Assembly (NCBI GenBank): GCA_038087875.1
Contig: JAXLNO010000648.1
Span: 1 to 64,000, forward strand
DNA: 64,000 nucleotides
Reading direction: 5' to 3'
Source of the DNA: Malacoraja senta
Lineage: Eukaryota
Of the stretch, positions 23,897 to 35,411 are shown in pieces (position 1 is the stretch's first letter; the number at the start of each line of letters is the position of its first letter). The translations under genes were made by a program, and so were the position numbers. A model generated the notes under the pieces. The model was not told the origin of the DNA and did no database searches. It saw only the letters and a list, made by a program, of their open reading frames with translations.

Positions 23897-26054
23897 TTTC
23901 CAGTTGCCATTTTGTTTCGTGTTCATATTTTTTATTTGTCATTCATAATGCTTAGGGTGCTTTCTCCTTTCTGATATGATTTATAATCAAACACTAGCAA
24001 TAAGGTCCAAGAACAATAATATCATCAAGTAGGATACGCAGCCAATCAAACTGAAGAATTCACAAACAGGAACTCTATGACTCTAAAACTCATTTTTAAA
24101 AGGATTTCTAGAAAGTAAAATGAAATTTGTGATATATGCATGGGACTAAGATATAAACTGAAATATAGTTTAAAAAATGTACTCATTTTAAAAATCTGTT
24201 GAATTTTTGCCGCACAACCTTGCTAAAATTTAGTTTTCCAGACCAGAGGAAATGTTCAATGATAATCATGATTTAGTGCACAATTAAAAGTTAATATTAT
24301 TAATGATCACATTAAAAAAAGTATGTACAAAATTGAAGTTCATGCCAAATCACTAGTAGTGGTTTAATTGGACGTGTAAAGACTGCAGTTAACTTATGCA
24401 ATCAGTTTTTACACAGAAAATTATTAGAACATGAAAATTCCTACCGCATGGAAACGCTTAAATAAACAGCATAGATGCAATTATGGGGAAGCTCTGTAAC
24501 TGGCATGAAGGACAATGGATTAGGAAACGTGCTGACAGGTTAGCTGAAGTTGGAAGTGGCCCAAAGAAGCACAAGCACAGGTGTTAATCAGTTCAATAAA
24601 TTATATTTAGGGCTTTGTAATTAATTTGAAAAAAAGAACAAGACACCCGCAAACTGTTTTTTATTTTTTAACTGTGCTAACCTATTCTAACTCTGTGCTA
24701 ACAAAAATTGACAACTGCAGGATTTACATTTCCATTCATCCGTTTGTGGGACGCCTCAGACCAATAGTGTGAAGGTCATGAAAATGGTTGGAGGAATAAA
24801 AGCATGGGCTCTAATGGGGCAGAATTAAAAGTTATTTGTATCATGTAAAAGAAATTGAAGATTTTGTAACAGAAATAACTAAATTAAACCCTGAGGTAGT
24901 GTACGGTTGATAATGGACACAATTAAATTGACTGATTGCTGGCAGTTCTGATAGGTTAACCTCAAATTTCCGTGCTCACTCCCATCAAACGCAAAAGTCC
25001 AAATCACGCTGGAGACAGGTGCCATATGGACTTTGCCATGGACTCACCACTGTGCTTGTGGCAGCCAAGCACTGGCATGCTTACGACAGGGAACAAATGT
25101 GCCTCGCAATCTGACTCTTATGAAAGGTGAGGATTTAAAAAATATATATTTGTCGGTTCTTTAAAGTGATTTTTTTTTTAGTATCTTTTAAATGTTTTTT
25201 CATTACATTTTTTTTAATGGTTCTATCAAAGATTTAAAGTCTTTGACAGTGGCAAGCTGTTGAAGGTTATATAGCTATTTGGGTCGCAGCCTCATCACCC
25301 AAAGACCTGGAGTCTTCCATTGTCTTTTCTGGCTCATGAGGATTCTCGCAGATGCTGAGCATCAGCTCATTTGGCCCCAGCATCCAGAAAAGATAGGTTT
25401 GAAGTCCAGGCAGTGGGCCAGGTTCAACACAAACTGCCCCATTATTACAAATGTCCATAGTTGTGTTTTCTAGTGTCTGAAAGTTAATGGGTTCCTTGAG
25501 TGGATTTTTTAAATGACTAAAAATGCAAAAGATTTCAAATTAAAACTGAGAAATATCATTGAATTGTCAAAAATATTAAAGTTCAATATGTTATTCTGTG
25601 ACTGAACCATTGAAATTAACAATTGATTATTAATATTGTTGGCCTTTTAATTTGTGTGTAGAATTAGAGGAAATGAAATGAGAAATGTATTACATGAGTT
25701 TCCATCAAAGCCAAGTGGCCATAAATTCACCACCTGTACTTACTTGGGCTTTATTGTCTGGAACGTCATTGATCTTGATAGAGATCATTGATGTGCTATC
25801 TGTTCCAGCAGAGTTTGTCTGTAATAAGTACTTTCTAGAGCTTGATTATTTAATCTTTCATTCAGCACATAATATTCATGCCATATGTAGCACTTCACCT
25901 GCAGACTGGCTGCACGTGGTCAGACTGGATTCTGTTATTTGCACAGAAGATTTGATAAAAATAATACTAAAATAAATGCCTAAATGTCATATTTCCTTTC
26001 TAACCATATTTTCAATCCATTTTAAAGAATCATATTTAAACATTTACATTAGGT

Positions 26055-26356
26055 TCATTTAGTTTAGAGATACAGCATGGAAACAGGCCCTTTGGCCCAC
26101 TGTCCACATCCACCATCGACCACCGGTTCACATCATTCCACTGTCGCATCCACTCCTTATGCACTTGCGGCGATATGTAGAGGCCAATTACACTAACGTC
26201 TAGGGATGTGGGAGGAAGCCGTGTATCCAGAGGAAATCCATGCAGTCGCGGGGAGAATGTGCAAACTCCACACAGACAGCACCCGAGGGCAGGATCGAAC
26301 CTGGGTCTCTGGCACAGTGAAACAGCAACACTACTGTTTGCGCCACTGTGCTGCCT
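26055..26356 (-). mobile_element. tRNA-derived V-SINE (HE1-like)
   Basis: Minus strand: ggcagcacagtggcgca A-box, ggttcgatcc B-box, V-domain tgtgtggagtttgcacattctcccc, and a CR1-like 3' tail. Confidence 0.8.
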
Positions 26357-27139
26357 TAATATTCATAATATTTATAACCTATATGAACTTGCATTGTGAT
26401 ATTTTACCCTGTGCTCATTTGTAATGAATCAGTTAAGAGTTTGGATTGGGTTTAAGCCATAGCAATTCAAATTTAAGAAGCAGCAAAACATAAATAATTT
26501 TACTCGCACACTGATTTAGTCCAGAAGATCTTCGCATAAATTTTCATTCTTTTGAGCAAAGGCTGTGGTATGTTTCCAACAGTTTATACGTTAGAAATAA
26601 CTTCTGTACATATTGTGTGCAAGATACTTGACAATTACTGAACAATGCGATAAGTATTGGAATGAGTAAATATGGATGTAATCCTCTGTCCGTTAGGACC
26701 TGATAGTAATTATCTCTGTTAGGTGTAACTACTTTACGATTGTTCACATCAAAATGTGTTTGTCAAATGAATTGGTAAATATATAATGGTGCACTGTTAT
26801 AACTCAAATGTTTCCCTTGTGTAACTTATTCAAACTCGCTCTTGCTTAATTTCAACTACATATTTCATAACATTAAACAATTTTAAACCACTAGTATTTA
26901 ATAATTTTGCCCCGAAAACATATGTTGCAACGCTTGAGCATAAATTATTGATTAAATGACAGAATAATTATTCCAGTCTGTTTGTTTAACTGCAACGTAA
27001 TAACATTCATTTATGACACTTCTATAGATATTATTTCTGATCCATATATTTTTAACATTGCAAATGTAAGCATGACTTTTATGATAAGATAGAATCAAAT
27101 TATATAAATCCTGTAGCTGCCTAAATATTAAAGTATTAC

Positions 27140-27310
27140 CTGTGCTTGTTTAAATTCTTGTGGCTCATCTTCATATTCAGAAAGAAATTCTGGACCAAGA
27201 GAATCCACTTCCATATCATGCACATAATAATCATCTTCCTTATTAGCTGGTGCTGTGAATGCTAATTGTACGAAAATAATCACAAAAAGTATAGGACACA
27301 CAGTATTCAT
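27140..27310 (-). CDS. OGN: Osteoglycin first coding exon (signal peptide plus acidic/Tyr segment)
   Basis: ATG at 27310. MNTVCPILFVIIFVQLAFTAP is signal-peptide-like and is followed by an acidic stretch. Donor CAG|gtaata. A possible upstream acceptor ttttttctcag| lies at 27339. The spliced CDS is 945 nt = 314 aa plus stop. Confidence 0.85.
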
Positions 27311-27942
27311 TTTGGATCAAAGACCAAGAAAAATAGGTTCTGAGAAAAAATGAAAAGCTGAAATACTGGACAGAACAGTCCCTCGCTGTCGAGACGTAGA
27401 ATCTGTCAAATCAGTATTTAAAGCTTTCACCAGCTGGTGCCAGAAGTTTTAGAAGAATGAGACTGCGTGATGTTTCTTAACCCCCTGAACTCCACTCTTC
27501 GTTACAGCTAGAATAGTCATGGTTCATGCAGTCAGTCAATAAATTCTTAACAGAGCAATAAAAAGCTCATTACACTGGTAGCTAAACATTTTTGTGAACA
27601 TTTTAGTCACACTAGGGATCTTGTGTTTTAAATTAGTGCATATGAATTAAATATATTTTGTTCAATTTTATAACCGAGGCTGATTTTAACCTTTGAACAG
27701 CCATCTGGCAAAGAATGCTGGGTGCCCATGATTATAAGGCCCAAACTATATTCAAATTTGCAAAGTGAAACATGCATCCATTTCAAGGCAAGACAGGCCA
27801 TGTCCAGTTTACAATATTTATGCAAGACGAGGGGAGCAGTCTTGCCATCCGAATTTCAATCTCTCTACCCACCCCTCTGTCAAAATCTCCATGAAGATAT
27901 TTTTATTAATTTATCTGGCCATTTCCTGATTGGAACCTATAC

Positions 27943-28652
27943 TGTAAAAGGCATGCTCAATTGGGTTCAGATCGGGTGATTGACTTGACCACTCAAGAAT
28001 TTACCATTTTTTAGCTTTGAAAAACTCCTTTGTTGCTTTAGCAGTATGTTTGGGATCATTGTCTTGCTGTAGAATGAACCGCCGGCCAATGAATTTTGAG
28101 GCATTTATTTGAATTTGAGCAGATAGGATGTGTCTATACACTTCAGAATTCATTATGCTACTACCATCAGCTACTTGTATCATCAATGAAGATAAGTGAG
28201 CCAGTACCATGTTTCACAGATGAGGGGTATGCTTTGGATCTTGGGCAGTTCCTTATGTCCTCTATACTTTGCTCTTGCCATCACTCTGATACAAGTTAAT
28301 CTTCATCTCATTTGTCCACAAGACCTTTTTCCAGAACTGTGGTTGCTCTTTTAAGTACTTCTTGGCAAATTGTAACCTGGCCATCCTATTTTTGCGGCTA
28401 ACCAGTGGTTTGCATCTTGCAGTGTAGCCTCTGTATTTCTGTTCATGAAGTCTTCTGCGGACAGTGGTCATTGACAAATCCACACCTGACTCCTGAAGAA
28501 TGTTTCTGATCTGTCGGACAGGTGTTTGGGGATTTTTCTTTATTATAGAGAGAATTCTTCTGTCATCAGCTGTGGAGGTCTTCCTTGGCCTGCCAGTATC
28601 TTTGCGATTAGTAAGCTCACCAGTGCTCTCTTTCTTTTTAATGATGTTCCAA
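27943..28652 (-). mobile_element. Internal fragment of the second Tc1 family (same as 13323-14959)
   Basis: RRLHEQKYRGYTARCKPLVS and QQDNDPKH are nearly identical to the 13.3-kb copy. No TIRs. Confidence 0.9.
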
Positions 28653-29094
28653 ATTCACGTGTTTAATCAATAATGTTTTATTATTAATGTTTAATGTTTT
28701 ATGTGTCATAGCTAACTGTCACTCTGTGTCATGTTGTCACTTGCGGGCTAATTTGGGCACATGATGTTAAGCTTTTGTAAATTACATCGTTGGGAAACTG
28801 CGGGTTAATGGATTTGTGGTGCCAGTAACCTTTTCTAAGCCCTAATTATTGACTTCTTGACACCTATTTTCATAAACGAAATTTGGCCCCTTTAACTTTT
28901 CACATGCAGCCATTCTTCAATTTCCAAAATCCCTGTTATCCCTGATAACATTTCAGTAAGCAAAATCCATAATGGATACCTTGGTTCAGTGCATTTTAAT
29001 GGATGAAGAGTAACATGTTATTTGTTGTAAAAGTAGATCCTTAAATTTAAGACAGCCCAAAGAATCAATGGGGTTACAGAGAAAATCTAAAATA

Positions 29095-29600
29095 CCTGCA
29101 TCTAACTTCTGGTCGTCTCATCACAAAAGGAAAGATAAAGGCTTTAGAGAGGGCGCAGAAGAGGTTTACAAGGATTACAAGGTTTACAAGGATGCTTCCT
29201 GTATTAGAAGGTATTAGCTATAAGGTTCAATACACTTAGATTGGTTTCTCTGGAGCATTGGAGACTGAAGGGAGACCTGATAGAAGTTTATAAAATTGAG
29301 GGACATTGAGTAGACAGTCTGAACCTCTATCCTAGAGTGGAATTGTCAAGTACTTGAGGGCAAAGCTTTATAGGAGAGTGGGAGAATACATGCATGGTAC
29401 TTTTTTTTTATACAGAAAGTGGTAGGTGCTTGGTGGTGGAAGCAGATACAATAGTGGCATTTAAGAGGTTTTTAAGAGAATTTAATATGCAGGTTTTTGA
29501 GGGATATGGATCATGTGCAGGTAAAAGGGTTTAGTTCAATTTGGCATCATATTCAACACTGGCATTGTGGGCTGATGGGCCTGTTCCTGTGCCGTGTTAT
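29095..29600 (+). mobile_element. Degenerate CR1 3' fragment
   Basis: LERAQKRFTR and RLKGDLIEVYKI motifs, gggcctgttcctgtg tail. Confidence 0.75.
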
Positions 29601-31004
29601 GTCCCCACATCATGTGCAGAAGATAGAACTTCCAACTACATCAAATATCGTAGATTAGGTCCATAGTCTAGACTATAGTTTGGAAATATTTCCACTGACT
29701 TTTTTTTGGTGTTAAAAGAGTTGTACATTGCCCTAATGCTGTAGTGAAAGACACAAAGTCTGTGAACCTTAATTGCGAAATCTATTACATTCAATGCTTC
29801 CCTGTATAATGCCGTGGTTAAACTGACATAATTGATGTATGCCTTTCCCTGTTGCCAGTTCTCGCATTGCCAGTGTATAGTCTGGCAGGTGCAATTTATT
29901 AACACAGTACAAACAACGCTCTTCCAGTACAGAGGAGTTCCTACTGAATGCATGGATTTTGCAATGATAGGAAGGAGTGGGGGAATGCCTTCAGGAGTGT
30001 CAGAAGATTCTGAGCAGGCTGGTGAAAGTGTGTCTGAAGGAAACACTTTCTTTGTGCGACGAGACCACAGAGACCTCCCAGAGCTACAGGCGAGCATTCT
30101 TGGCTTGACTGTTTGAAAGTCTCTGCAAAACATGAATTCTATAAATGCCTGCACTTTGGGAACATTTGCTTTGTCTGCTTCTGTGGATTGAAAGAAAAGT
30201 GGATGATTTACGCTTTAAACGTGTAGTTTGGGTGCTTGCATAAAGCAGCAGAGGGCAGCAAACTATATGATGTGGCAGAGGTTTGGTGTGATCTGCGGCA
30301 AGTAAAGTCAGAATATTCAAGGGGAAAACAGTTAAGGCAAAATGTGTGAGGTTGAAGGAGGTCATAGATCTCAATGGGGACAAAATATACTGCTAGCCTT
30401 TAAAACAGCATAGTTTCAGGAGAAATATGGTAATTAAAACTTGGTGACATAAGAAGCTACGGATATTAGTTTACAAAAAACCCTACAAATTGCTGGAGTA
30501 ACTCAGTGGGTCAGGTGGCATCTCTGGAGGGCGCGCGCGGAAAGGCGATGTTTCGAGTCATGACCCTTCTGCACACTTGCTACTGTGAGAAAATGAAATT
30601 TTTCTCAGACCAGTGAAGTTGAAAGTTGAGGGAAGTATTGCATGTTATGCAACTTTTTGGAGGAGTCTTATGCCAGAATGTGAGTTTCACTACCTAGTAA
30701 ATTGTCCTGCTGGACACTACGACTCTCACAATTGTGAACATAATCACTCTACTCCAGTTTCAGCTAATTTTCAACAGTGCTAGGCTATTCAAACATAGAC
30801 CAAAGAGCTGAATTCCAGAGATGAGGCCAGGGAGACTTTCCTTGATATTATGGCAGAACTTAACCAAATGTGGTCGCAAGGAGCCCTGGCAAAACTGATT
30901 AATGGACACCGAGGGGAAAACGCTCATTTGGTCATAAACTGTGCAAAGGAAGATAGTTGCGCCTGTTGGAGGGCATTCATCCAGAACCAGAAACAACTCC
31001 TACA

Positions 31005-31205
31005 CTGCTGTGGCGCAGTTGGTGGAGCTGCTGCCTTGCAGCGCCAGGGAACCAAGTTCAATCCTGACCTCTGTTGCTGTCTGTGTGAAATTTGCATGTT
31101 CTCCCTGTGACCACGTGGGTTTCCTGCGGGTGCTCAGGTTTCCTCATACATCCCAATGATGTGCGGGTTTGTAAGTTAATTCATCTCTGTAAATTGTCCC
31201 TAGTG
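31005..31205 (+). mobile_element. V-SINE 5' half
   Basis: tggcgcagttggt A-box, agttcaatcc B-box, V-domain tgtgtgaaatttgcatgttctccctgtgacc. Confidence 0.75.
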
Positions 31206-32737
31206 AAAGGGGGATTCTGGTTGATTCTGGATTTGTACATATTTTTTCTCATTGACTGACTGTGTTTGGTTCTAGTATACCGGTATCTGTTCATCATTAG
31301 TTGTTCATAAATAAGTGAAATAACATTGTTATGTGCTATTAAAGTTGCCAGGGGTATACGGGATGAAAAAGGTTAGGAACCCCTGCCTTAGTGTGTAGGG
31401 AGTGTGTATAAACTAGTGTGTGCACAGGTGAGCTTCCATACTGTACCTCTAAAACTAAAATAAAAACAATGGATGCTAGGAGTACTCATGAAAAGTAATA
31501 ACAATGTCTTGAACGAGTCCATATTACAGGAGGTGCTAGAGGTAATCAAAAATGTATTAATGTAGATAAATTCCTCATCAAGTGCATTGTATGACATAGT
31601 CGGAAGCTATGAAGGAAATTGCCGGGCTATTGGCAGATATATTTGTATCATCGATTACCACAAATGAGTTGCCAGGAGACTAGAGGGTGGCAAAAGCAGT
31701 AAATAACATTCACAGCAGTGTAGTGCTAGGTATTGATGTCCCATGCCTTTCGACCATTTACCATGTGTGTCAGGAGTGTGCTGGAATAATTTCACTTCCT
31801 CGGTGAGTTCAGCTCCAACCCACATGGATTAGGGGAAGATTAGCGACAAGAAGTGGTTGGACAGACTTGGATTGTTTTCTCTGGAACACCGGAGGTTGAG
31901 GGGAGACCTGATAGAAGTATATAAAGTTATGAGAGGCATAGATAGGGTAGACAGTCAGAACATTTTTCCCAGCATGGCAATGTCAAAGACTAGAGGGCAT
32001 TGCTTTAAAGTGGGAATTTAAATGAGATATGTGGGCTAAGTTTTATTTTTTACACAGAGGGTGATAGGTACCTGGAATGTGCTGCCAGAGGTGGTGGTGA
32101 GGCAGTCATTTCGTAACATGGTGTGAAGACAATAACCTCTTCTTCATTGCCAGCAAGACACAGAAGCTAGTTATTGACTTGTATGGTGGAGTACATGCCA
32201 AACAATAGTGCCAAACTGTCAGGTTGCATTACATACAGCTTGGTTTGGGAACAGCTCTGCCAAGACCACAATAAAGTACAGGGAGCAATCGATGTAGCCA
32301 GTGCATCACACAGACCAGGCTCCCCACCATTGATTCCATCTATGCTTCACGCTGCCTCATAAAAGTAGTCAACATAATCAAAGACTTGCTCCACCCCGTC
32401 ATTCCTCCTTCTCCTCTCTCCCATCTGGCTGAAGGTGCAGAAGCTTGAACTTGGAAGTAATGGTTCTCAGACTCCTGTATCTTCTTCCTGATGATAGCAG
32501 CAAGATGGGAACGTGTACAGGGTTGTGTAGTCTTTGAAGTTAGCTGCCTTCTTGATGTAGCGCTCCCTGTACATCCCTGAGATGGTGGGGAGGTCTACAA
32601 ATGATGAACTGGGCAATGTCCACCATTTTATGCAGTTTATTTTGATCATTATGAGCCGTCTTGATAATTTTTCTTGGTTAAAATCTGAATTATGTCTGTA
32701 AAATATTTAAGAACCCAAGGACATTCTTAACATTAAC

Positions 32738-32771
32738 CAAAGATACTAGAGTAGCTACTCTAGTATCTTTG
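32738..32771. repeat. 34-bp perfect palindrome with 8-bp near-direct flanks (putative minimal hAT element)
   Basis: acattaac|CAAAGATACTAGAGTAG-CTACTCTAGTATCTTTG|acgttaac. Confidence 0.7.
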
Positions 32772-32973
32772 ACGTTAACTGCTTGGATATGTCAATGATC
32801 TATTTACAAAGTCCATAAATGAACTATTTTTTTACCATGTTTCAAATGACTAAAGCTAAAGGTCCATCATAATGTTACATTTTGTTTCATATCTCCTTTT
32901 CAAAATTACTTTGTGCTAAATTATGTTAAAATAATTAAATAATTGTTCTGAACAATATTTCTTTCTGCTTGTC

Positions 32974-33340
32974 ATAACTCATTCCAAAATATTTTAAGAA
33001 CATTATGGGATAAATGAAGTAGGAGTTAACCATTAAGTTCAACGCACAATATATGTTCTTATTTTGATAAATAATCCTAAACTGTGGGTTTTCTGTTTTA
33101 TAAAATACGTTGCGGGGGTTAAGTATTACATATATAATGTAAAAAACATATGTACTAAAATATTGAAGTATTAATGCAAACATGCATGTGAGGTACTGGT
33201 CTGAATTAGGGTGTTGCAGTATTGTTGTCATTTTGCTTGGGTTTTCAATACAATACAATACAATACCATTTATTGTCATTTGAACCTCAAATGAGGTTCA
33301 AACGAAATTTGGTTTCTGCAGTCATACAAACAAGTAAAAA
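32974..33340. repeat. 367-bp direct repeat, copy 1
   Basis: Matches 34273-34639 with 3 substitutions and no indels by my alignment. Confidence 0.95.
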
Positions 33341-34272
33341 CGAAAGATACTTGGGAAGAAAGTTTACAACATATACATCAATGTTCATTAAATGCCAGAC
33401 ATTCTTTAATACAATTTAAAGTAATACATAGATTACATTATTCAAAAACAAAATTACATAAAATCTTTCAACATATCTCACCTATATGTGATAAATGTCA
33501 ACATTTAGAAGCCACCTTATCTCATATGTTTGCAAACTACAAAAATTAAAAAATTCTGGGTAAATATTTTTAGTATAATATCTAAAGTGACCAGCATACA
33601 AGTGGACCCGGATCCAAAATTTATAATACTTGGAACATCAGAATTAAATCAAACATTTACAACAACACAAAGAAACTTTATTGATTATAGTATAATAACA
33701 GGAAAAAAATTAATTCTAAAATTTTGGAAAGGCCCTACGGCCCCCACAACCAAAATGTGGATTATAGAAATGACGGAGACCTTAAACGTGGAAAGAATCA
33801 GATTTTCCCTGTTGGATAAACAGGAATTATTCATTGGAACATGGTCTCCCTTTATTGATTATTTAAAGGGTCAGAATGGTTCAGCACGGGAACCTGACTA
33901 ATGCTCGGGCTAAAAAATGGATGAAATGCTATATTCTGAAATGTACGAATATATCTCGAATGAAGTTTTTTATTTTAATAAATTTTTCCACTCTTCTTTA
34001 ACTATCTCTTTTGTTTTTTTGTGTTTTTTGTTTTTTTTGGTGTTTTTTTGTGTTTTTTTCTCTTTTCTTCTTCTCTTTCTTTTCTTTCTTTACTTCATCT
34101 ATCTTTTTAGTTCTATCTAGTTTAAAATAAATTAAAAAAAAGGTAAAAAGTATTGGAGATAATGTAATAATAATTGATAATATTATCATTTTAAAAATGT
34201 AAGACTGTAATGATGTTAATAGGTTGTGTACTTATCTCCAATAAAAAATATTTTCAAAAAAAAAATAAAAAA
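33341..34272 (+). mobile_element. 5'-truncated L1-clade LINE (ORF2 C-terminus, 3' UTR, polyA)
   Basis: Cys/His motif CDKCQHLEATLSHMF, DPKFIILG, KKLILKFWK and WSPFIDYL. T-rich UTR, AATAAA at about 34240, A tail. Confidence 0.85.
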
Positions 34273-34639
34273 ATAACTAATTCCAAAATATTTTAAGAAC
34301 ATTATGGGATAAATGAAGTAGGAGTTAACCATTAAGTTCAACGCACAATATATGTTCTTATTTTGATAAATAATCCTAAACTGTGGGTTTTCTGTTTTAT
34401 AAAATACGTTGCGGGGGTTAAGTATCACATATATAATGTAAAAAACATATGTACTAAAATATTGAAGTATTAATGCAAACATGCATGTGAGGTACTGGTC
34501 TGAATTAGGGTGTTGCAGTATTGTTGTCATCTTGCTTGGGTTTTCAATACAATACAATACAATACCATTTATTGTCATTTGAACCTCAAATGAGGTTCAA
34601 ACGAAATTTGGTTTCTGCAGTCATACAAACAAGTAAAAA
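34273..34639. repeat. 367-bp direct repeat, copy 2
   Basis: See copy 1. Confidence 0.95.
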
Positions 34640-35411
34640 GAACCAAGACACAACACAATTTACACAAACATCCATCATAGTGAATCTCCTCCTCGCTGTG
34701 ATGGAAGGCAAAGTCTTATCTCTCCCCTGCACTCCCCATTCTACTCCCGATGTCAGAGTCAGAGCCCCCGGCGGGCGATGGAAAATAAGTCCCACAGCCA
34801 TTAAAGCCGCGCCGGGCGATGCAAGGCCGCCCTCCGGGTCTTGATGTTGGAGCCCCCGGTAGCGCTAGCAAGTCCCGCGGCCATTAAAGCCGCGCCGGGC
34901 GATGTTAGACCCAGCTCCAGGTCATCTTCAACCCCGCAACTCGGGCAGGAGAAGTTGCCGTTGCGGGAGCCCCGAAAAGCGGTCTTCCACCAGGGACCCG
35001 CGAGCTCCCGATGTTACCGTCCACCAGACCTGCGGCTGGAGCCTCCGAATCTCCGGGGTCGGGTCACAGCCGCGCGTCACCGCAGCTCTCCACGCTCCGA
35101 ACTCGGCCAGCTCCACGATGGTAAGTAGTCCGCAGGCTCCGCGACTGGAGCCCAGGTCGTTCCGGTTGGAGGCCGCTCCACGGTGCTAGGCCCCAACGAC
35201 AACAGAGACCCGACAGAGAAAGGTCGGGTCCTCCACACAGAGAAGAGATTTTTTTAAGTTTCCCCCTCCCCCCCCCCCCCCCCCCACATATACCCACATA
35301 TACACAGTTAAAAACAATATTAAAAAACACAAACAACTACATTTAACTAGACAAAAATAAAAAAAGACAGACGGACTGCAGTCGAGCCGCTGCCGTTAGG
35401 CACCGCCACTT
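34546..35411 (-). mobile_element. Non-coding, GC-rich retroposon-like element with (TATTG)n tail
   Basis: (caata)4 tail, adjacent hairpin tttgaacctca-aa-tgaggttcaaa, CpG-rich body with gccattaaagccgcgccgggcgatg present twice. Family not identified. Confidence 0.55.

Noticed and set aside
26290..26356. tRNA gene (also at about 31005 and 52660-52730)
   Set aside because: The A/B boxes belong to SINE heads and continue into the V-domain; no complete cloverleaf.
29636..30154. 172-aa minus-strand ORF
   Set aside because: No recognisable domain or splice context; likely a chance ORF.
32935..34578. Two near-identical ORFs (114 and 120 aa) suggesting a duplicated gene
   Set aside because: They only reflect the 367-bp duplication of AT-rich non-coding DNA.
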